The notes under the pieces: model-generated
The model's input: the letters and a program-made list of their open reading frames with translations, nothing else
The model's database searches: none
What the model was told of the DNA's origin: nothing
Translations under genes and position numbers: made by a program
Origin: a virus
Lineage: Duplodnaviria; Caudoviricetes
DNA: 64,000 nt
Strand: one strand, 5' to 3'
Virus record (IMG/VR): IMGVR_UViG_3300005805_000001
Span: 23,332-87,331 of that record
Shown: in pieces, positions 46,680 through 57,084 of the stretch
Layout of the letters: each line of letters begins with the position of its first letter
How positions within the stretch are numbered: position 1 is the stretch's first letter

Positions 46680-47727
46680 AAGATTTAATGACATACAAAA
46701 GCTTTATGACAAGCTTGGATGGGACAATGCTGAGACATTGAAGGATGCAATGGGCAAGTCCCCCGACTACATGTATATCGCATTCCTTACACAAACGGGC
46801 ACTGATGCCCCTGTTGGGAATGTTCTGTACAATGACCTTGTTTTCGCAAGTCCCGTTTACTTCAGTTATGAGGGAACAGGGACTTACCGGATGTATTGCA
46901 ACCTGTTTAAACCAGGATACATGGAGGTTGAAATCCATGATGGGCAAGGAAGCACCTTTGTTGACAGTACCATCACAGCCACTGTTTATACAGGATATGT
47001 TGAATTAAAGGTTTTTACTTTTGGATTGTCCGACAACATACTTCAAAACACTCCTATAAAGATAAGGGTTTGGAGTAATGCAGGTGTCGAAGAGGCGTCT
47101 GTTGCCCCTACTCCGTTTGGATACAGGTATGCTATTGTGAATGATACGACTTGTTCGGCTTTTTCCGTTGGTGCATGTGATTGGACTGCTTCCGGAGGAT
47201 TGCTTAGTACTGCTTCAAATTGGGGTATGGAAATGGCGGCTTTTTATCCTGATGGAAACGCTATTATAATAGATAATTATTATGAACCAAGTTGTACTTT
47301 ATTGGCATCTTCGTATTTCCTTAAGACAATAGGTAATGTTGATCCAGGTGTCATGACACTTACTGATGCGAACTGTAATCCTGCTCCAGGTATCACATGG
47401 AATCTTATAACAGGATCTCTTAAGAACTATTCGGGAACTATTCCAACTGGTCCTGTTGGTTCTAACTCATGGAGAACTGTTACATTGCCAGGGGATAGCA
47501 TCGGTTTAGACGGTATGATTGCTGATATTAGTGATCCTACAGTATTAGCGGGATTACTTCAGAATTATTTTCAAGCCATCAATAATCCAACATGTACTGT
47601 TACAGCGACTGACCTTGGAGGAGGTAATTGGCAAATTGATGTTAACCAGATATACAGTAATACCACTGTAATAGAATTGGAAGCGTTTTTATCTATTGGC
47701 ACTTATTTACTTAACTTAGTACCATAA
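46666..47727 (+). CDS. putative structural protein, N-domain paralogous to 47740-48159
   Basis: YIAFLTQTGTDAP...LQNTPIKIRVW domain followed by an unrelated beta-rich region. Confidence 0.5.
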   Translation: MALNKRFNDIQKLYDKLGWDNAETLKDAMGKSPDYMYIAFLTQTGTDAPVGNVLYNDLVFASPVYFSYEGTGTYRMYCNLFKPGYMEVEIHDGQGSTFVDSTITATVYTGYVELKVFTFGLSDNILQNTPIKIRVWSNAGVEEASVAPTPFGYRYAIVNDTTCSAFSVGACDWTASGGLLSTASNWGMEMAAFYPDGNAIIIDNYYEPSCTLLASSYFLKTIGNVDPGVMTLTDANCNPAPGITWNLITGSLKNYSGTIPTGPVGSNSWRTVTLPGDSIGLDGMIADISDPTVLAGLLQNYFQAINNPTCTVTATDLGGGNWQIDVNQIYSNTTVIELEAFLSIGTYLLNLVP

Positions 47728-47739
47728 ACAATCATATCA

Positions 47740-48159
47740 ATGTTCACATATCCAAAAATGTTAAAAAATCTACATAAGCTTTCAGCCTTCTTCGGGTTTT
47801 CCTATGGGAAGGAGTTTGAGAAAATAATCGCACGTGAACCTTCGTTCACATACATGGCTTACCTGACCCAGTCAGGCAGTGACGCTCCTGTTCCACAGGT
47901 TCTGTTCAGTAATCTTGAAACCAGTCCTACGTTTGTCTATAATTCCACAGGCACTTATGATATGTTTCACCCTTTGGCTAATCCGACAAAGAGTATTGTG
48001 ACCATATCTTCTGGACAGGTTTTTTCCCCTGATACTTACCGTGCCGTGGCGTTTATAAAGAATTCAGGCCTTATAGTCATAAACACCATTGATAGTACAG
48101 GTGGTGCTTCTGATGACCAATTGTTGAACACGTTGATTAAATTCGAGATCTGGTTATGA
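47740..48159 (+). CDS. single-domain paralog of the previous gene
   Basis: YMAYLTQSGSDAP...LLNTLIKFEIW. Confidence 0.55.
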   Translation: MFTYPKMLKNLHKLSAFFGFSYGKEFEKIIAREPSFTYMAYLTQSGSDAPVPQVLFSNLETSPTFVYNSTGTYDMFHPLANPTKSIVTISSGQVFSPDTYRAVAFIKNSGLIVINTIDSTGGASDDQLLNTLIKFEIWL

Positions 48160-48389
48160 TAATCACGATTGATACCGAGACAAAGATCCTGAAGGTTTCA
48201 GGAAAAGTCACTTGTAAAGAACTTGCCCGTGAACTTGATAAGTTATTACAGGAAGGTTTGTTTTCCTATGCTGTTGACGCCGGGTTTACAGGTACGCCTG
48301 TCATCAAGGCAGGAACAACTTCCCCTTGGAACAACAATAACAACTTCACTGCGACAAATGAAGGAATCATTCCGCCGCTTCATTACTAG
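48156..48389 (+). CDS. hypothetical protein
   Basis: 77-aa ORF coupled to the previous stop. Confidence 0.45.
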   Translation: MIITIDTETKILKVSGKVTCKELARELDKLLQEGLFSYAVDAGFTGTPVIKAGTTSPWNNNNNFTATNEGIIPPLHY

Positions 48390-48621
48390 TATTCCGGAGA
48401 TCATGGAAGGATGGAAGAACCTTGTTCTTTCCGATTCCAGGATTGAGAAACTTGCAATTGGAAGATTGCAGATTTGCAAGGAATGTCCGGATAACAGCAC
48501 CAAACCGGATTTGTCAATGAGTTCAAGGTGCAAGGCATGCGGATGTGTGCTGGAAGCCAAGGCCAGGAGTCCACAGTCAAAATGCCCGAAGAACAAATGG
48601 CAAGGCTTGGAACAGATCTGA
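48358..48621 (+). CDS. Cys-rich Zn-binding phage protein
   Basis: EGWKN...RLQICKECP...CKACGC.L.AK.RS..SKCP.NKW; start reassigned within 48223-48621. Confidence 0.6.
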   Translation: MKESFRRFITSIPEIMEGWKNLVLSDSRIEKLAIGRLQICKECPDNSTKPDLSMSSRCKACGCVLEAKARSPQSKCPKNKWQGLEQI

Positions 48622-48908
48622 ATTCAATAGAGGTCACATATGTCACCCCTGTTATAAACGACAGGGGAAAGGCTTTGAAAAAGACAGTGGCCAGGAAAAG
48701 CGTGCTGATGTTGTCGCACATACTGATCATAGACGAGAACTATGATTCAAAGGGAAACCTGCTTTCCGAAACATGCAGGATATTCTATGAAACCCTCGGA
48801 TGGCTTGTCCTTGAGGAGGCGTATGAGGAGATGATGAAGTATAAAATGGGACATTCTAACACGGTTGTAGGGTTCAGACCTTCGCCGATAAAACAAAAGA
48901 GGAAATGA
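48597..48908 (+). CDS. hypothetical protein
   Basis: Start reassigned to MARLGT within 48528-48908. Confidence 0.5.
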   Translation: MARLGTDLNSIEVTYVTPVINDRGKALKKTVARKSVLMLSHILIIDENYDSKGNLLSETCRIFYETLGWLVLEEAYEEMMKYKMGHSNTVVGFRPSPIKQKRK

Positions 48909-49246
48909 CACAGGAGCAAATCCATGAGAAAATGCGTAAGCATTTCACACCGATGAACGGGCACATCATAGTTGAGTATGTCCGGAACCTTAAAACCTCC
49001 GGAGGTATCTACCTTCCTGAGAAATCAGAACACACCAAGAGCATTGCCCATCCGGTGGTTGCCGCTGGTCTGCAAACCGAGATCAAGGTAGGCGAATGGG
49101 TTGCCCTGCGTCCAATGCAGGTTGATGTGTTCAAGATGTATGACCGTGAGTTCGCCATCCTTCGTGACTTTGATGTGATGATGAAGGTCGATATGAACTA
49201 CCTCAAGGATGAGGCTGAATTCAAATCAAACATAAACAATCAATAA
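48905..49246 (+). CDS. GroES-like co-chaperonin
   Basis: FTPMNGHIIV...TSGGIYLPE...VVAAG...IKVGE.V...ILRDFDV. Confidence 0.7.
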   Translation: MTQEQIHEKMRKHFTPMNGHIIVEYVRNLKTSGGIYLPEKSEHTKSIAHPVVAAGLQTEIKVGEWVALRPMQVDVFKMYDREFAILRDFDVMMKVDMNYLKDEAEFKSNINNQ

Positions 49247-49247
49247 A

Positions 49248-49673
49248 ATGGCTAAAATACCAAACATCCCGATGGGAATGAAATCAATGATGAAATCCTC
49301 CGGCAAGGAAGGTGAGTTCATCACCAAGCTTCTGCACTGCACCGCGCAGATTCACATCTATCACCTGATCTGCAAGGGTCCCGGTTCATTCGCAATGCAC
49401 AAGGCGTTGAATGAATTGTATGATGCCCTTCCTGATTTGGCTGATGGTCTTGCCGAGTCAGTGCAAGGTAAATATGGCATCCTCAACTACGCCATGGGCG
49501 GAGTGAGTTACGACAGTACCCTTTCAAAGGCCGTGCCTTATGTGAAGGAAGTCTTGAATTACGTCAAGACGATGCGTAAGGATATCTGTCAGGAAAGCAA
49601 TTTCCAAAACCAGATCGATGAGATTGAAACATTGCTTTACAGCACCATTTACAAACTAGAAAACTTGTCCTGA
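49248..49673 (+). CDS. ferritin/Dps-like four-helix protein
   Basis: H..H......FAMHKALNELYD...D.LAE..QG.YG and NQIDEI..L...T.YKL..L. Confidence 0.65.
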   Translation: MAKIPNIPMGMKSMMKSSGKEGEFITKLLHCTAQIHIYHLICKGPGSFAMHKALNELYDALPDLADGLAESVQGKYGILNYAMGGVSYDSTLSKAVPYVKEVLNYVKTMRKDICQESNFQNQIDEIETLLYSTIYKLENLS

Positions 49674-49679
49674 TAAGTT

Positions 49680-50204
49680 ATGAAGGTAATGGAATCATGG
49701 GATATAAATGCGTCTTTCTGGGAATTAAACCCCCAGTTAAAAATCCCTAGTGCTTTCAACCGCCTTTATACATCGGACAAATCCAAAGGCAAGGCCCACT
49801 CAAGTAGATTGATGTGGGCTATTGCCTTTTTTGCCGACTTTGATTCAAAGTACCGTGCACTATCAGACAGTGAAAGGAAGAAACTTGTCGCCGAGGATAT
49901 TTTAAAAGAACCAGAGTTTGACTGGACAACTGTCGAAGAGTATATAAAAGCCTGGGACATGTTCAAGTCCGTGCCCATGAAGCAGATGTGTGAATGGGAA
50001 AGGTTGATGAATGAGAAAACGGAGTACATGCGTACTTTGAAATACAATGCCGAGACGGCTGACGAGATTGAAAAACGACTCTTGTCAAACACTAAGTTAT
50101 ACTCAGAGTATGAGGAAATCATGTCACGTCTTGTTCAGGAAGGTGAAGGTGGAACAATGCTCGGCGGTGGGATGGAGAGTCTTACCGAGAAAGGAGAAAT
50201 CTGA
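49680..50204 (+). CDS. putative terminase small subunit
   Basis: Immediately upstream of and coupled to TerL. Confidence 0.5.
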   Translation: MKVMESWDINASFWELNPQLKIPSAFNRLYTSDKSKGKAHSSRLMWAIAFFADFDSKYRALSDSERKKLVAEDILKEPEFDWTTVEEYIKAWDMFKSVPMKQMCEWERLMNEKTEYMRTLKYNAETADEIEKRLLSNTKLYSEYEEIMSRLVQEGEGGTMLGGGMESLTEKGEI

Positions 50205-52267
50205 TGTGGAACGACAGGAGGGACTTTACATTGTCGGAAATCCCGAAACTGCATCCCATGAGTCATGGGTATCTGGATTTCTGGCGCGGTGAAAAAAAGA
50301 AAGTCATTGAAGGGGTATGGATAAACGGGATATGGTGTCCTCCACAACTCTACCATTATCTTAATTATGCTACAATAGTCCTTGGTGAAAAAAAGGCAAG
50401 GAAGAAAGATAGGCCATGGGACCTTGATTATGTATGGGACCTGGCTTATTACTGGATAGAAGCCCGCGGACTTTCAGGGTTTGAGAAAGTCGGGGATGTT
50501 GATGACATACGTTCATTCTTAAGACAAAGACATGGCGAGGATCTCGGTAAACCATTATACAACAAACAGTCAAGGAACCTGCTTGTTATGGGTCCTCGCG
50601 GTTGGGGTAAGTCTTATTGGGCTGCTAATATCGCTGCTCACGAGTATCTTACCGACGGACAACGGGAATATGTACCAGGAGAAATTCCAAAGGAAACAGC
50701 CGAGATCATGCTCAGCGCCTACAATGCCCCCTACGTCAATGACCTCATTACAAAAATACAGGACGTCCTGAACAATTATCCCGGTGGCATGGAAGTCAAC
50801 GGGATTTATTATCCACCCCCTTTTGCAAAAACCTTGTCTGGACAATGGACGATAGGTAAGAAGGTGGAGAATTATTACAAAAAGAAAGTCGGAGGAAAGT
50901 GGCAATTTGTCGGGACAAGGTCCTGCTTCAAGCCGCGTGTCTACAAGGATAAACCACTTGCGGGTGTCGGAGGTCGTAACACCTTGAAGATAGGCGAAGA
51001 GATCGGGGTTTGGGAAAACCTCATCGAATCACATTTTGCCGACGAGAACACACAGCGTCTAAACAACTACAAGTTCGGATCAACCATGTACATCGGTACT
51101 GGTGGTGACATGGTGGGCGGAGGTACCCTTGCGGCCCAGAAAATGTTCTATGATCCTGAGACCTATGACTGTCTGGTGTTTGATGATACGTATGAGAACC
51201 GTGGAAAGATCGCCTTGTTCTTTCCATCGACATATACCAAGATAAACTACAAGGATCCGCTGGGTAATACCAATCACCAGCTTGCCGAATTAGGCGAGGA
51301 AGAGGAGCGTGAAAAGAAGAAGAAAGCCAAAGATGCAAGTGCATATGATGAATACGTTGTATATAACCCACTGGTTCCCAGTGAAGTCTTCCTGTCAAAG
51401 ACTAATAATATTTTCCCTCTTAAAGATCTGCAGTACACTCTTGCTAACATTGAAACTAGCAAACTTGCTGATGCTGAGTGGGTTGGAGACCTGGTCTTAA
51501 GTGAAACAGGTGATGTTGAATGGATTAACAACTCCAAAAACAGGCCAATCTATGATTTTCCCTTAAAAGCTGAAGCCAATACGGAAGGATCAGTGATACT
51601 TTATGAGCATCCAATTAAAACCGAAGATGGTGATATCCCATGGGGAAGATACATAGGGGGAATTGACCCTTATGACCATGACAAGTCCAAATCAGGGTCG
51701 CTTGGTTCGATAATCATTCTGGATAATCTGACAAACAGGATAGTAGCCGAATATTCAGGACGTCCTGAAACGGCAAATGATTATTACGAAACCTGTCGCA
51801 GGCTTCTTATTTATTATAATGCCCTTGCGTTGTATGAAAATGAGAAAAAAGGGGTGTTTACCTACTTTGAATCCTGTGGATCCTTGCATCTTCTTGCACG
51901 ACAACCCAAACTGATCAAGGATATTGTCAGTGGGTCCACTGTTGACAGGGGTTATGGTATGCACATGCCCTTGGAAATCAAGCGATATGGTGAAGGATTG
52001 ATAAATACTTGGCTTAGAAGGACTTATGAAGGTGACGTAAAGGTCGCCCATAAGATACGATGCATACCTTTGTTGAAGGAATTGATCATGTACAATACGG
52101 ATGGCAACTTTGACCGTGTAATGGCCTTGATGTTAGCGCTTTATCAGAAAGAAGAGATGCGTAAGTATGAGATAAAACTTGAAGACAAGGTAAAAACCTT
52201 TCTTGAGAATGATTTTTTCAAGACAGGATTTGTAAAAGGTAGTCAAAAACGGGCGTTTTTTTCCTAA
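50204..52267 (+). CDS. terL: terminase large subunit
   Basis: Walker A GPRGWGKS, Walker B-like GEEIG, nuclease GGIDPY.HD and NFDRVMA. Confidence 0.9.
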   Translation: MWNDRRDFTLSEIPKLHPMSHGYLDFWRGEKKKVIEGVWINGIWCPPQLYHYLNYATIVLGEKKARKKDRPWDLDYVWDLAYYWIEARGLSGFEKVGDVDDIRSFLRQRHGEDLGKPLYNKQSRNLLVMGPRGWGKSYWAANIAAHEYLTDGQREYVPGEIPKETAEIMLSAYNAPYVNDLITKIQDVLNNYPGGMEVNGIYYPPPFAKTLSGQWTIGKKVENYYKKKVGGKWQFVGTRSCFKPRVYKDKPLAGVGGRNTLKIGEEIGVWENLIESHFADENTQRLNNYKFGSTMYIGTGGDMVGGGTLAAQKMFYDPETYDCLVFDDTYENRGKIALFFPSTYTKINYKDPLGNTNHQLAELGEEEEREKKKKAKDASAYDEYVVYNPLVPSEVFLSKTNNIFPLKDLQYTLANIETSKLADAEWVGDLVLSETGDVEWINNSKNRPIYDFPLKAEANTEGSVILYEHPIKTEDGDIPWGRYIGGIDPYDHDKSKSGSLGSIIILDNLTNRIVAEYSGRPETANDYYETCRRLLIYYNALALYENEKKGVFTYFESCGSLHLLARQPKLIKDIVSGSTVDRGYGMHMPLEIKRYGEGLINTWLRRTYEGDVKVAHKIRCIPLLKELIMYNTDGNFDRVMALMLALYQKEEMRKYEIKLEDKVKTFLENDFFKTGFVKGSQKRAFFS

Positions 52268-52268
52268 T

Positions 52269-52321
52269 TGCTATAGGGCAACGCTGTTTTTTATGCCTAA
52301 AGGATTTTATCCTTACATTTG
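52269..52321 (+). promoter_or_regulatory. putative portal-operon promoter
   Basis: TGCTATAGG at 52269, palindrome AAGGAT-TTT-ATCCTT, and TACATTTG at 52314. Confidence 0.55.
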
Positions 52322-52357
52322 TTAAATAAATTTGTAAATTCCCCTAACTAGAGACTG

Positions 52358-54802
52358 ATGGAACTTTATTATACAAACAAAGCCTTGATGCCTCGACAGA
52401 AAGTTTCACGTTCTGTCAAGGAATCGGTGAAATGGAAGCATGACTGCGTTGATGCGGTTATTGCCACCACCAAACTCAAGGATAGCAAGAGGCGCAGGAC
52501 GATCAGTGAAAGGAAAAGGAACTATGACCTTTTCAATAACAAGATAGATGAAGCGCATTTCAGGCATATTACCAATCCTTTTAACATCAGTCGCGAAGGG
52601 GCTAATACTTTTAAGTTACCTGCTACTCTTCAGCCTTATGATATTCTTTTTCCTATTTTCAATGTCCTTTTTGGCGAAGAGCATAAGCGCCTTTTTAACC
52701 CTGTTGTCAGGGTGGTCAATGATTCGGCCATAAAGGAGAAAGAGGAATTCACCAAACAAACGGTATTACAGGCATTGCAGGAGTTTTTGCTTCGTAATGT
52801 CGAACAGGATCCCAACAATCCTCCTCCCACACCTGAGGATGTTGTAAAAAACCTGAACAAGTCCATCAAGGACATGAAGGAAGAGACTGCAAACCTTTTT
52901 CTTCAGTATTATAAGAAGCGTTTCAGGTTAAAGGACGAGTTTGCCAAAGGTTGGAAGGATTGGTTGCTTGCCGGTGAGGAATTCTACCGTGTCGAGCAGG
53001 TTGCAAACGAGGTTGTCATTAAGCGTGTTAATCCCTTGCAGACGTGGTTCTTTATTCCAGAGAATACGGATTCTGTTGAAGAAGCTTCTCAAATACTTGA
53101 ACAAACATACAGTACAGTGAATGAGATCATAGATGAATTCTATGAGTACCTCACTCCGCAGCAGATTGATGAGTTGGAAATGTACTATGCCAACTATTTT
53201 CCGGGCAATGAACTCATTAACCCGATGACCATCAAGACTGTTGAAAGCATATACAACTTTGAGGGTGAGGAATACGCGCTTGACAGGATTCCTGTCTTCA
53301 GGGTGCGTTGGAAATCCTTCCGCAAAGTCGGAAACTTCTATTACATAGACCCGCAGACAGGAGAAGAACAACAGATCCTTGTAGATGAGTCATGGGTATG
53401 GGACAAACAAGACCGCACACAGCGTGTGGAGTGGTTCTGGATCTCTGAATACTGGGAAGGTGTCCGTATAGGCGCCGATATGTACATTGATGAGATGATA
53501 CGCCGTCGTCCACAGCAGTTCAGGTCCATGGATAACCTGTCAAAATGTAAATCCGGTTATGTCGGACGCCTTTGCTCCGCGCAGAATTCGGGTGCCACAT
53601 CCTTGATGGACCGTGTTGTTCCATGGTTGTACCTTTATTTCATTATCTGGTATGACACTGAGCTTGCACTTGCTACAAACATAGGAAAGATTGCATTGAT
53701 CGACGCATCAACCATTCCTGACGGATGGGATGTTGAGAAATGGTTTTACTACGCACGTGCTATGCGCGTAGGATTTGTTAACTCCATGAACGAGGGTAAC
53801 AAACGCATGGGCATCAACCAGAACATGTCAACCTTGAACAAGGAATTGAATCTTGAGATGGGTAATTACATCCAGTTCAACATCCAACTCCTTCAGGAGA
53901 TTGAAAGGAAACTGCAGAACGCCGCGGGTGTTCCCCCACAACGTCTTGGTGCCATCAATACATCTGAAATGGTGGGTAATGTTGAAAGATCCCTTACACA
54001 GTCAAGTCTTGTAACCGAGGATCTTTTCAGAATGCACACCCTTACGAAACTTGACGCATGCACTGCGATCCTTGAGGTTGCAAAAGACGTGTATAAGAAC
54101 GGGTCAAAGACCTTGCAATATGTAACCGATGATCTTCAGGATGTGATGTTCAAGATTGACGGTGATGTGTTCAACAACGCCGATTATGGTGTGTTTGTAA
54201 CTGATGACCTCAAAGACATGGAGGTTCTCGAGGCAATGAAATCCCACGCTAAATTCGCTTTGCAGAATGATCAAATGGCTTTTTACCAGCTTGCTGATAT
54301 CTATACCAGTGAGTCTGTTTCTGATGTTCGTGCACAGCTTAAGCGTTATTATGATTCAAAGCAGCAGCAGATACAGGCGGCGCAGGAACAACAGACGCAG
54401 ATTGCGCAGGAACAAATGGCGTTGGACAAGCAAAAGCATGACGAGGAAATAGCATTGCAGCAATACATAAACGATACTAACAACCAGACTAAGATACAGG
54501 TCGCACAGATCGGCGTGTATTCACGTCAATTAGATCTTGATTTAAACAATGACGGAATTCCTGACCCAATTGCCTTGGCTGGACAAGCTCTCAAAGAACG
54601 TGAAGCGGCTTCTAAGGATTTTATCGAAAAGCTCAAACTCCAGGCCGACAAGGTTAAAACCCAAAGCGACCGTACCCTCAAGCTCAAAGAACTTGACATT
54701 AAGGAGAAGGAAATTGCTTCAAGAGAGAAAATTGAAGAGCAAAAATCCGAAACAGCCTTAAGGGTTGCCAAGACGAATAAGAACAAATATGACAACAAAT
54801 GA
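52358..54802 (+). CDS. portal protein
   Basis: 814 aa after TerL with a coiled-coil C-terminus; crAss-like size and position. Confidence 0.8.
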   Translation: MELYYTNKALMPRQKVSRSVKESVKWKHDCVDAVIATTKLKDSKRRRTISERKRNYDLFNNKIDEAHFRHITNPFNISREGANTFKLPATLQPYDILFPIFNVLFGEEHKRLFNPVVRVVNDSAIKEKEEFTKQTVLQALQEFLLRNVEQDPNNPPPTPEDVVKNLNKSIKDMKEETANLFLQYYKKRFRLKDEFAKGWKDWLLAGEEFYRVEQVANEVVIKRVNPLQTWFFIPENTDSVEEASQILEQTYSTVNEIIDEFYEYLTPQQIDELEMYYANYFPGNELINPMTIKTVESIYNFEGEEYALDRIPVFRVRWKSFRKVGNFYYIDPQTGEEQQILVDESWVWDKQDRTQRVEWFWISEYWEGVRIGADMYIDEMIRRRPQQFRSMDNLSKCKSGYVGRLCSAQNSGATSLMDRVVPWLYLYFIIWYDTELALATNIGKIALIDASTIPDGWDVEKWFYYARAMRVGFVNSMNEGNKRMGINQNMSTLNKELNLEMGNYIQFNIQLLQEIERKLQNAAGVPPQRLGAINTSEMVGNVERSLTQSSLVTEDLFRMHTLTKLDACTAILEVAKDVYKNGSKTLQYVTDDLQDVMFKIDGDVFNNADYGVFVTDDLKDMEVLEAMKSHAKFALQNDQMAFYQLADIYTSESVSDVRAQLKRYYDSKQQQIQAAQEQQTQIAQEQMALDKQKHDEEIALQQYINDTNNQTKIQVAQIGVYSRQLDLDLNNDGIPDPIALAGQALKEREAASKDFIEKLKLQADKVKTQSDRTLKLKELDIKEKEIASREKIEEQKSETALRVAKTNKNKYDNK

Positions 54803-55542
54803 CGGCAAGCGAACTTGCACGCATACATAATAACAAACTTGCCGTCTATAATTTCAAGTATTATGGACCTGACGGTACCGTATATATAGGATTACAGAAT
54901 GGAAGACTTGTAAGGTATTATGACCAGGCAAGTACTGTAATCCAACAATCAGGTGTCAAATCCATTACAGGATTGAACACCAATAATGCGGATCCTGCAA
55001 ATCCTGTTGTACAAATCTCGGTTGACGGGACCACTATAACCGGAACAGGTACTCCCGCTAATCCGCTTGTTGCTGTCATACCTGCAAGTGGTGTACAAAG
55101 TGTTACTGATGATGGCAATGGGGTTGTATCAGTGGATAACATTGATCCGATTAATCCTGTCATTCAGTTCAACGGAGTAAATGTTGACGGGGTTACAATA
55201 ACAGGTGATGGTACAATAGCCAATCCTCTTGTAGCAGCTGGTGCTTCAGGATTTACCTATACTAAGACACTGGTTAATACAACTCCTTACACCATTGTAC
55301 CTACTTCAGGTTACAATACATACAATGTGGATGCTTCTGGTGGTGCGATTGTATTGAACTTTCCAACAGCGGTTGGAAATGCCGCATGGTACATTGTCAA
55401 GAAAATAGATTCCTCCTTGAATACCGTGACCCTTACACCTAATGGTGTTGAAACCATAGATGGTGCGGTAAACAAGGTTATAAAATTTCAAAACACGAGT
55501 GTCGATGTATACAGTGACAACTCAAACTTATATTTGGCGTAA
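54799..55542 (+). CDS. putative structural/fibre protein with an internal repeat
   Basis: Two copies of GV.S.T...D.DP.NPV.Q...VDG.TITG.GT.ANPLVA; C-terminal fibre-like domain. Confidence 0.5.
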   Translation: MTASELARIHNNKLAVYNFKYYGPDGTVYIGLQNGRLVRYYDQASTVIQQSGVKSITGLNTNNADPANPVVQISVDGTTITGTGTPANPLVAVIPASGVQSVTDDGNGVVSVDNIDPINPVIQFNGVNVDGVTITGDGTIANPLVAAGASGFTYTKTLVNTTPYTIVPTSGYNTYNVDASGGAIVLNFPTAVGNAAWYIVKKIDSSLNTVTLTPNGVETIDGAVNKVIKFQNTSVDVYSDNSNLYLA

Positions 55543-57081
55543 ATGGCATACTTGGAATCAGTCATAATCAGGGATACAGGAGGTACGGAAGCTGATGTTA
55601 CCGCAGCCAACGCATTGAAGGTTGACGGTTCAGCCGTAACACAACCTGTAAATGTAGTGGCAGGATCCGTAAATGCAAATGTTGATCTTCAGCAGGATGT
55701 TTTTGGTCAGCTTGTTATAGCCAACAGGTATAACCAGTTTGAAATAAACTATGACACCATTGATCCTGATTCCATATCTGAAATTACGGTTACCAAGTCA
55801 AACGGTGGTGATGCTTCCAACCTAAATGGACAAGCCGAATTTACTTCCAATGCCAATACCAATGGTGGAGTATCATCTGTTACAAACCTTACAGTTACAT
55901 ACAGACCAAATTCTGAAACATACGCGGCATTTACTGCAATATGGCAATCAGGAGGTCTTGCAAACTCATACCAGCGTATTGGTATTTATGATGCAAACAA
56001 TGGATTCTTCATTGGATATGAAGGAACGGTGTTTGGTATAACACTTCGTAAAGCAGGTGTTGACACATTTACTAATCAAGCATCTTGGAACATAGATCCA
56101 CTTACAGGTGGTGTTGGTTCAAAGTATACGCGTAACGGAGTTCCAGAAGCTATTGATTTTACCAAAGACAATTTGTTCAGGGTAAGATACGGATGGTTGG
56201 GAGCAGCTCCTATTTATTGGGAGGTTCTCAGTCCAGATGGTGAGTGGGTGTTGTTTGACATATACAGACATCCCAATACTACTGGTGGTACAACCATCAA
56301 CAATCCAGATCTTCCAATGACTCTGGATATCCAAAAGACAGGCGCAGGAGCGACTGTTCTTACAATGAATACTGCATGTTGGGCTGCAGGTACCACATCC
56401 CCTTATACCAAGATATCAAGTACAATTACAGACAATACTTTGGCAAACATGTCAAGGTCTGTGATCACAGGAAGAGCAAGTACTGGTGGCGGAACATATT
56501 ATAATGTGAAGGTCACTCCTTCTGGGGCATTGGTTACGGCTGGTACGGAAATTTATCCTGAAGATGACCCGCATACTGATGGAGATGAAGGGGCTTTTAT
56601 CCTTGCAGTTAGAAATGACGCCAATACGGCAATGACTAATGCAAATGGAGACTATAGTCCTATTGCGGTCAATGCAAATGGAGCTATTGCCATTAATGAT
56701 GGTGGAAACTCAATTACGGTTGATGGTACAGTAACCGTTACTCAAAGTGGAACCTGGAACATAAACAATATATCAGGAACAGTAAGTCTTCCAACTGGAG
56801 CAGCTACTGAAACAACATTATCATCATTAAATACCAAGTTCACAGCTGTAACAAGAACTCCAAATCTGACAAGAGCTACTGGTTCAGGTACAATCTCAGC
56901 AGGAGCAAGGTCAATATCTGTATATAATGCAGGGTCGGCTGCAGGAAGTATTCTTGGTGTTGCAGGAAACATATTACCTGGAGAGGCATTTGACTTTTCA
57001 GCAGGCGGAGAAGATGATACCTTGGCAGCTTTTGCGTATGATGGAACAGGTACAACATTGGTCATAACAACAATAGTTTAA
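55543..57081 (+). CDS. putative fibre/decoration protein (beta-rich)
   Basis: Gly/Thr/Asn-rich; LKVDGSAVTQPV and SITVDGTV motifs common in phage appendage proteins. Confidence 0.5.
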   Translation: MAYLESVIIRDTGGTEADVTAANALKVDGSAVTQPVNVVAGSVNANVDLQQDVFGQLVIANRYNQFEINYDTIDPDSISEITVTKSNGGDASNLNGQAEFTSNANTNGGVSSVTNLTVTYRPNSETYAAFTAIWQSGGLANSYQRIGIYDANNGFFIGYEGTVFGITLRKAGVDTFTNQASWNIDPLTGGVGSKYTRNGVPEAIDFTKDNLFRVRYGWLGAAPIYWEVLSPDGEWVLFDIYRHPNTTGGTTINNPDLPMTLDIQKTGAGATVLTMNTACWAAGTTSPYTKISSTITDNTLANMSRSVITGRASTGGGTYYNVKVTPSGALVTAGTEIYPEDDPHTDGDEGAFILAVRNDANTAMTNANGDYSPIAVNANGAIAINDGGNSITVDGTVTVTQSGTWNINNISGTVSLPTGAATETTLSSLNTKFTAVTRTPNLTRATGSGTISAGARSISVYNAGSAAGSILGVAGNILPGEAFDFSAGGEDDTLAAFAYDGTGTTLVITTIV

Positions 57082-57084
57082 GGC

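Noticed and set aside
33605-52267. Inteins, self-splicing introns or homing endonucleases in polA or terL
   Set aside because: Both ORFs are continuous and of ordinary length, and no HNH/LAGLIDADG/GIY-YIG motif was recognised.
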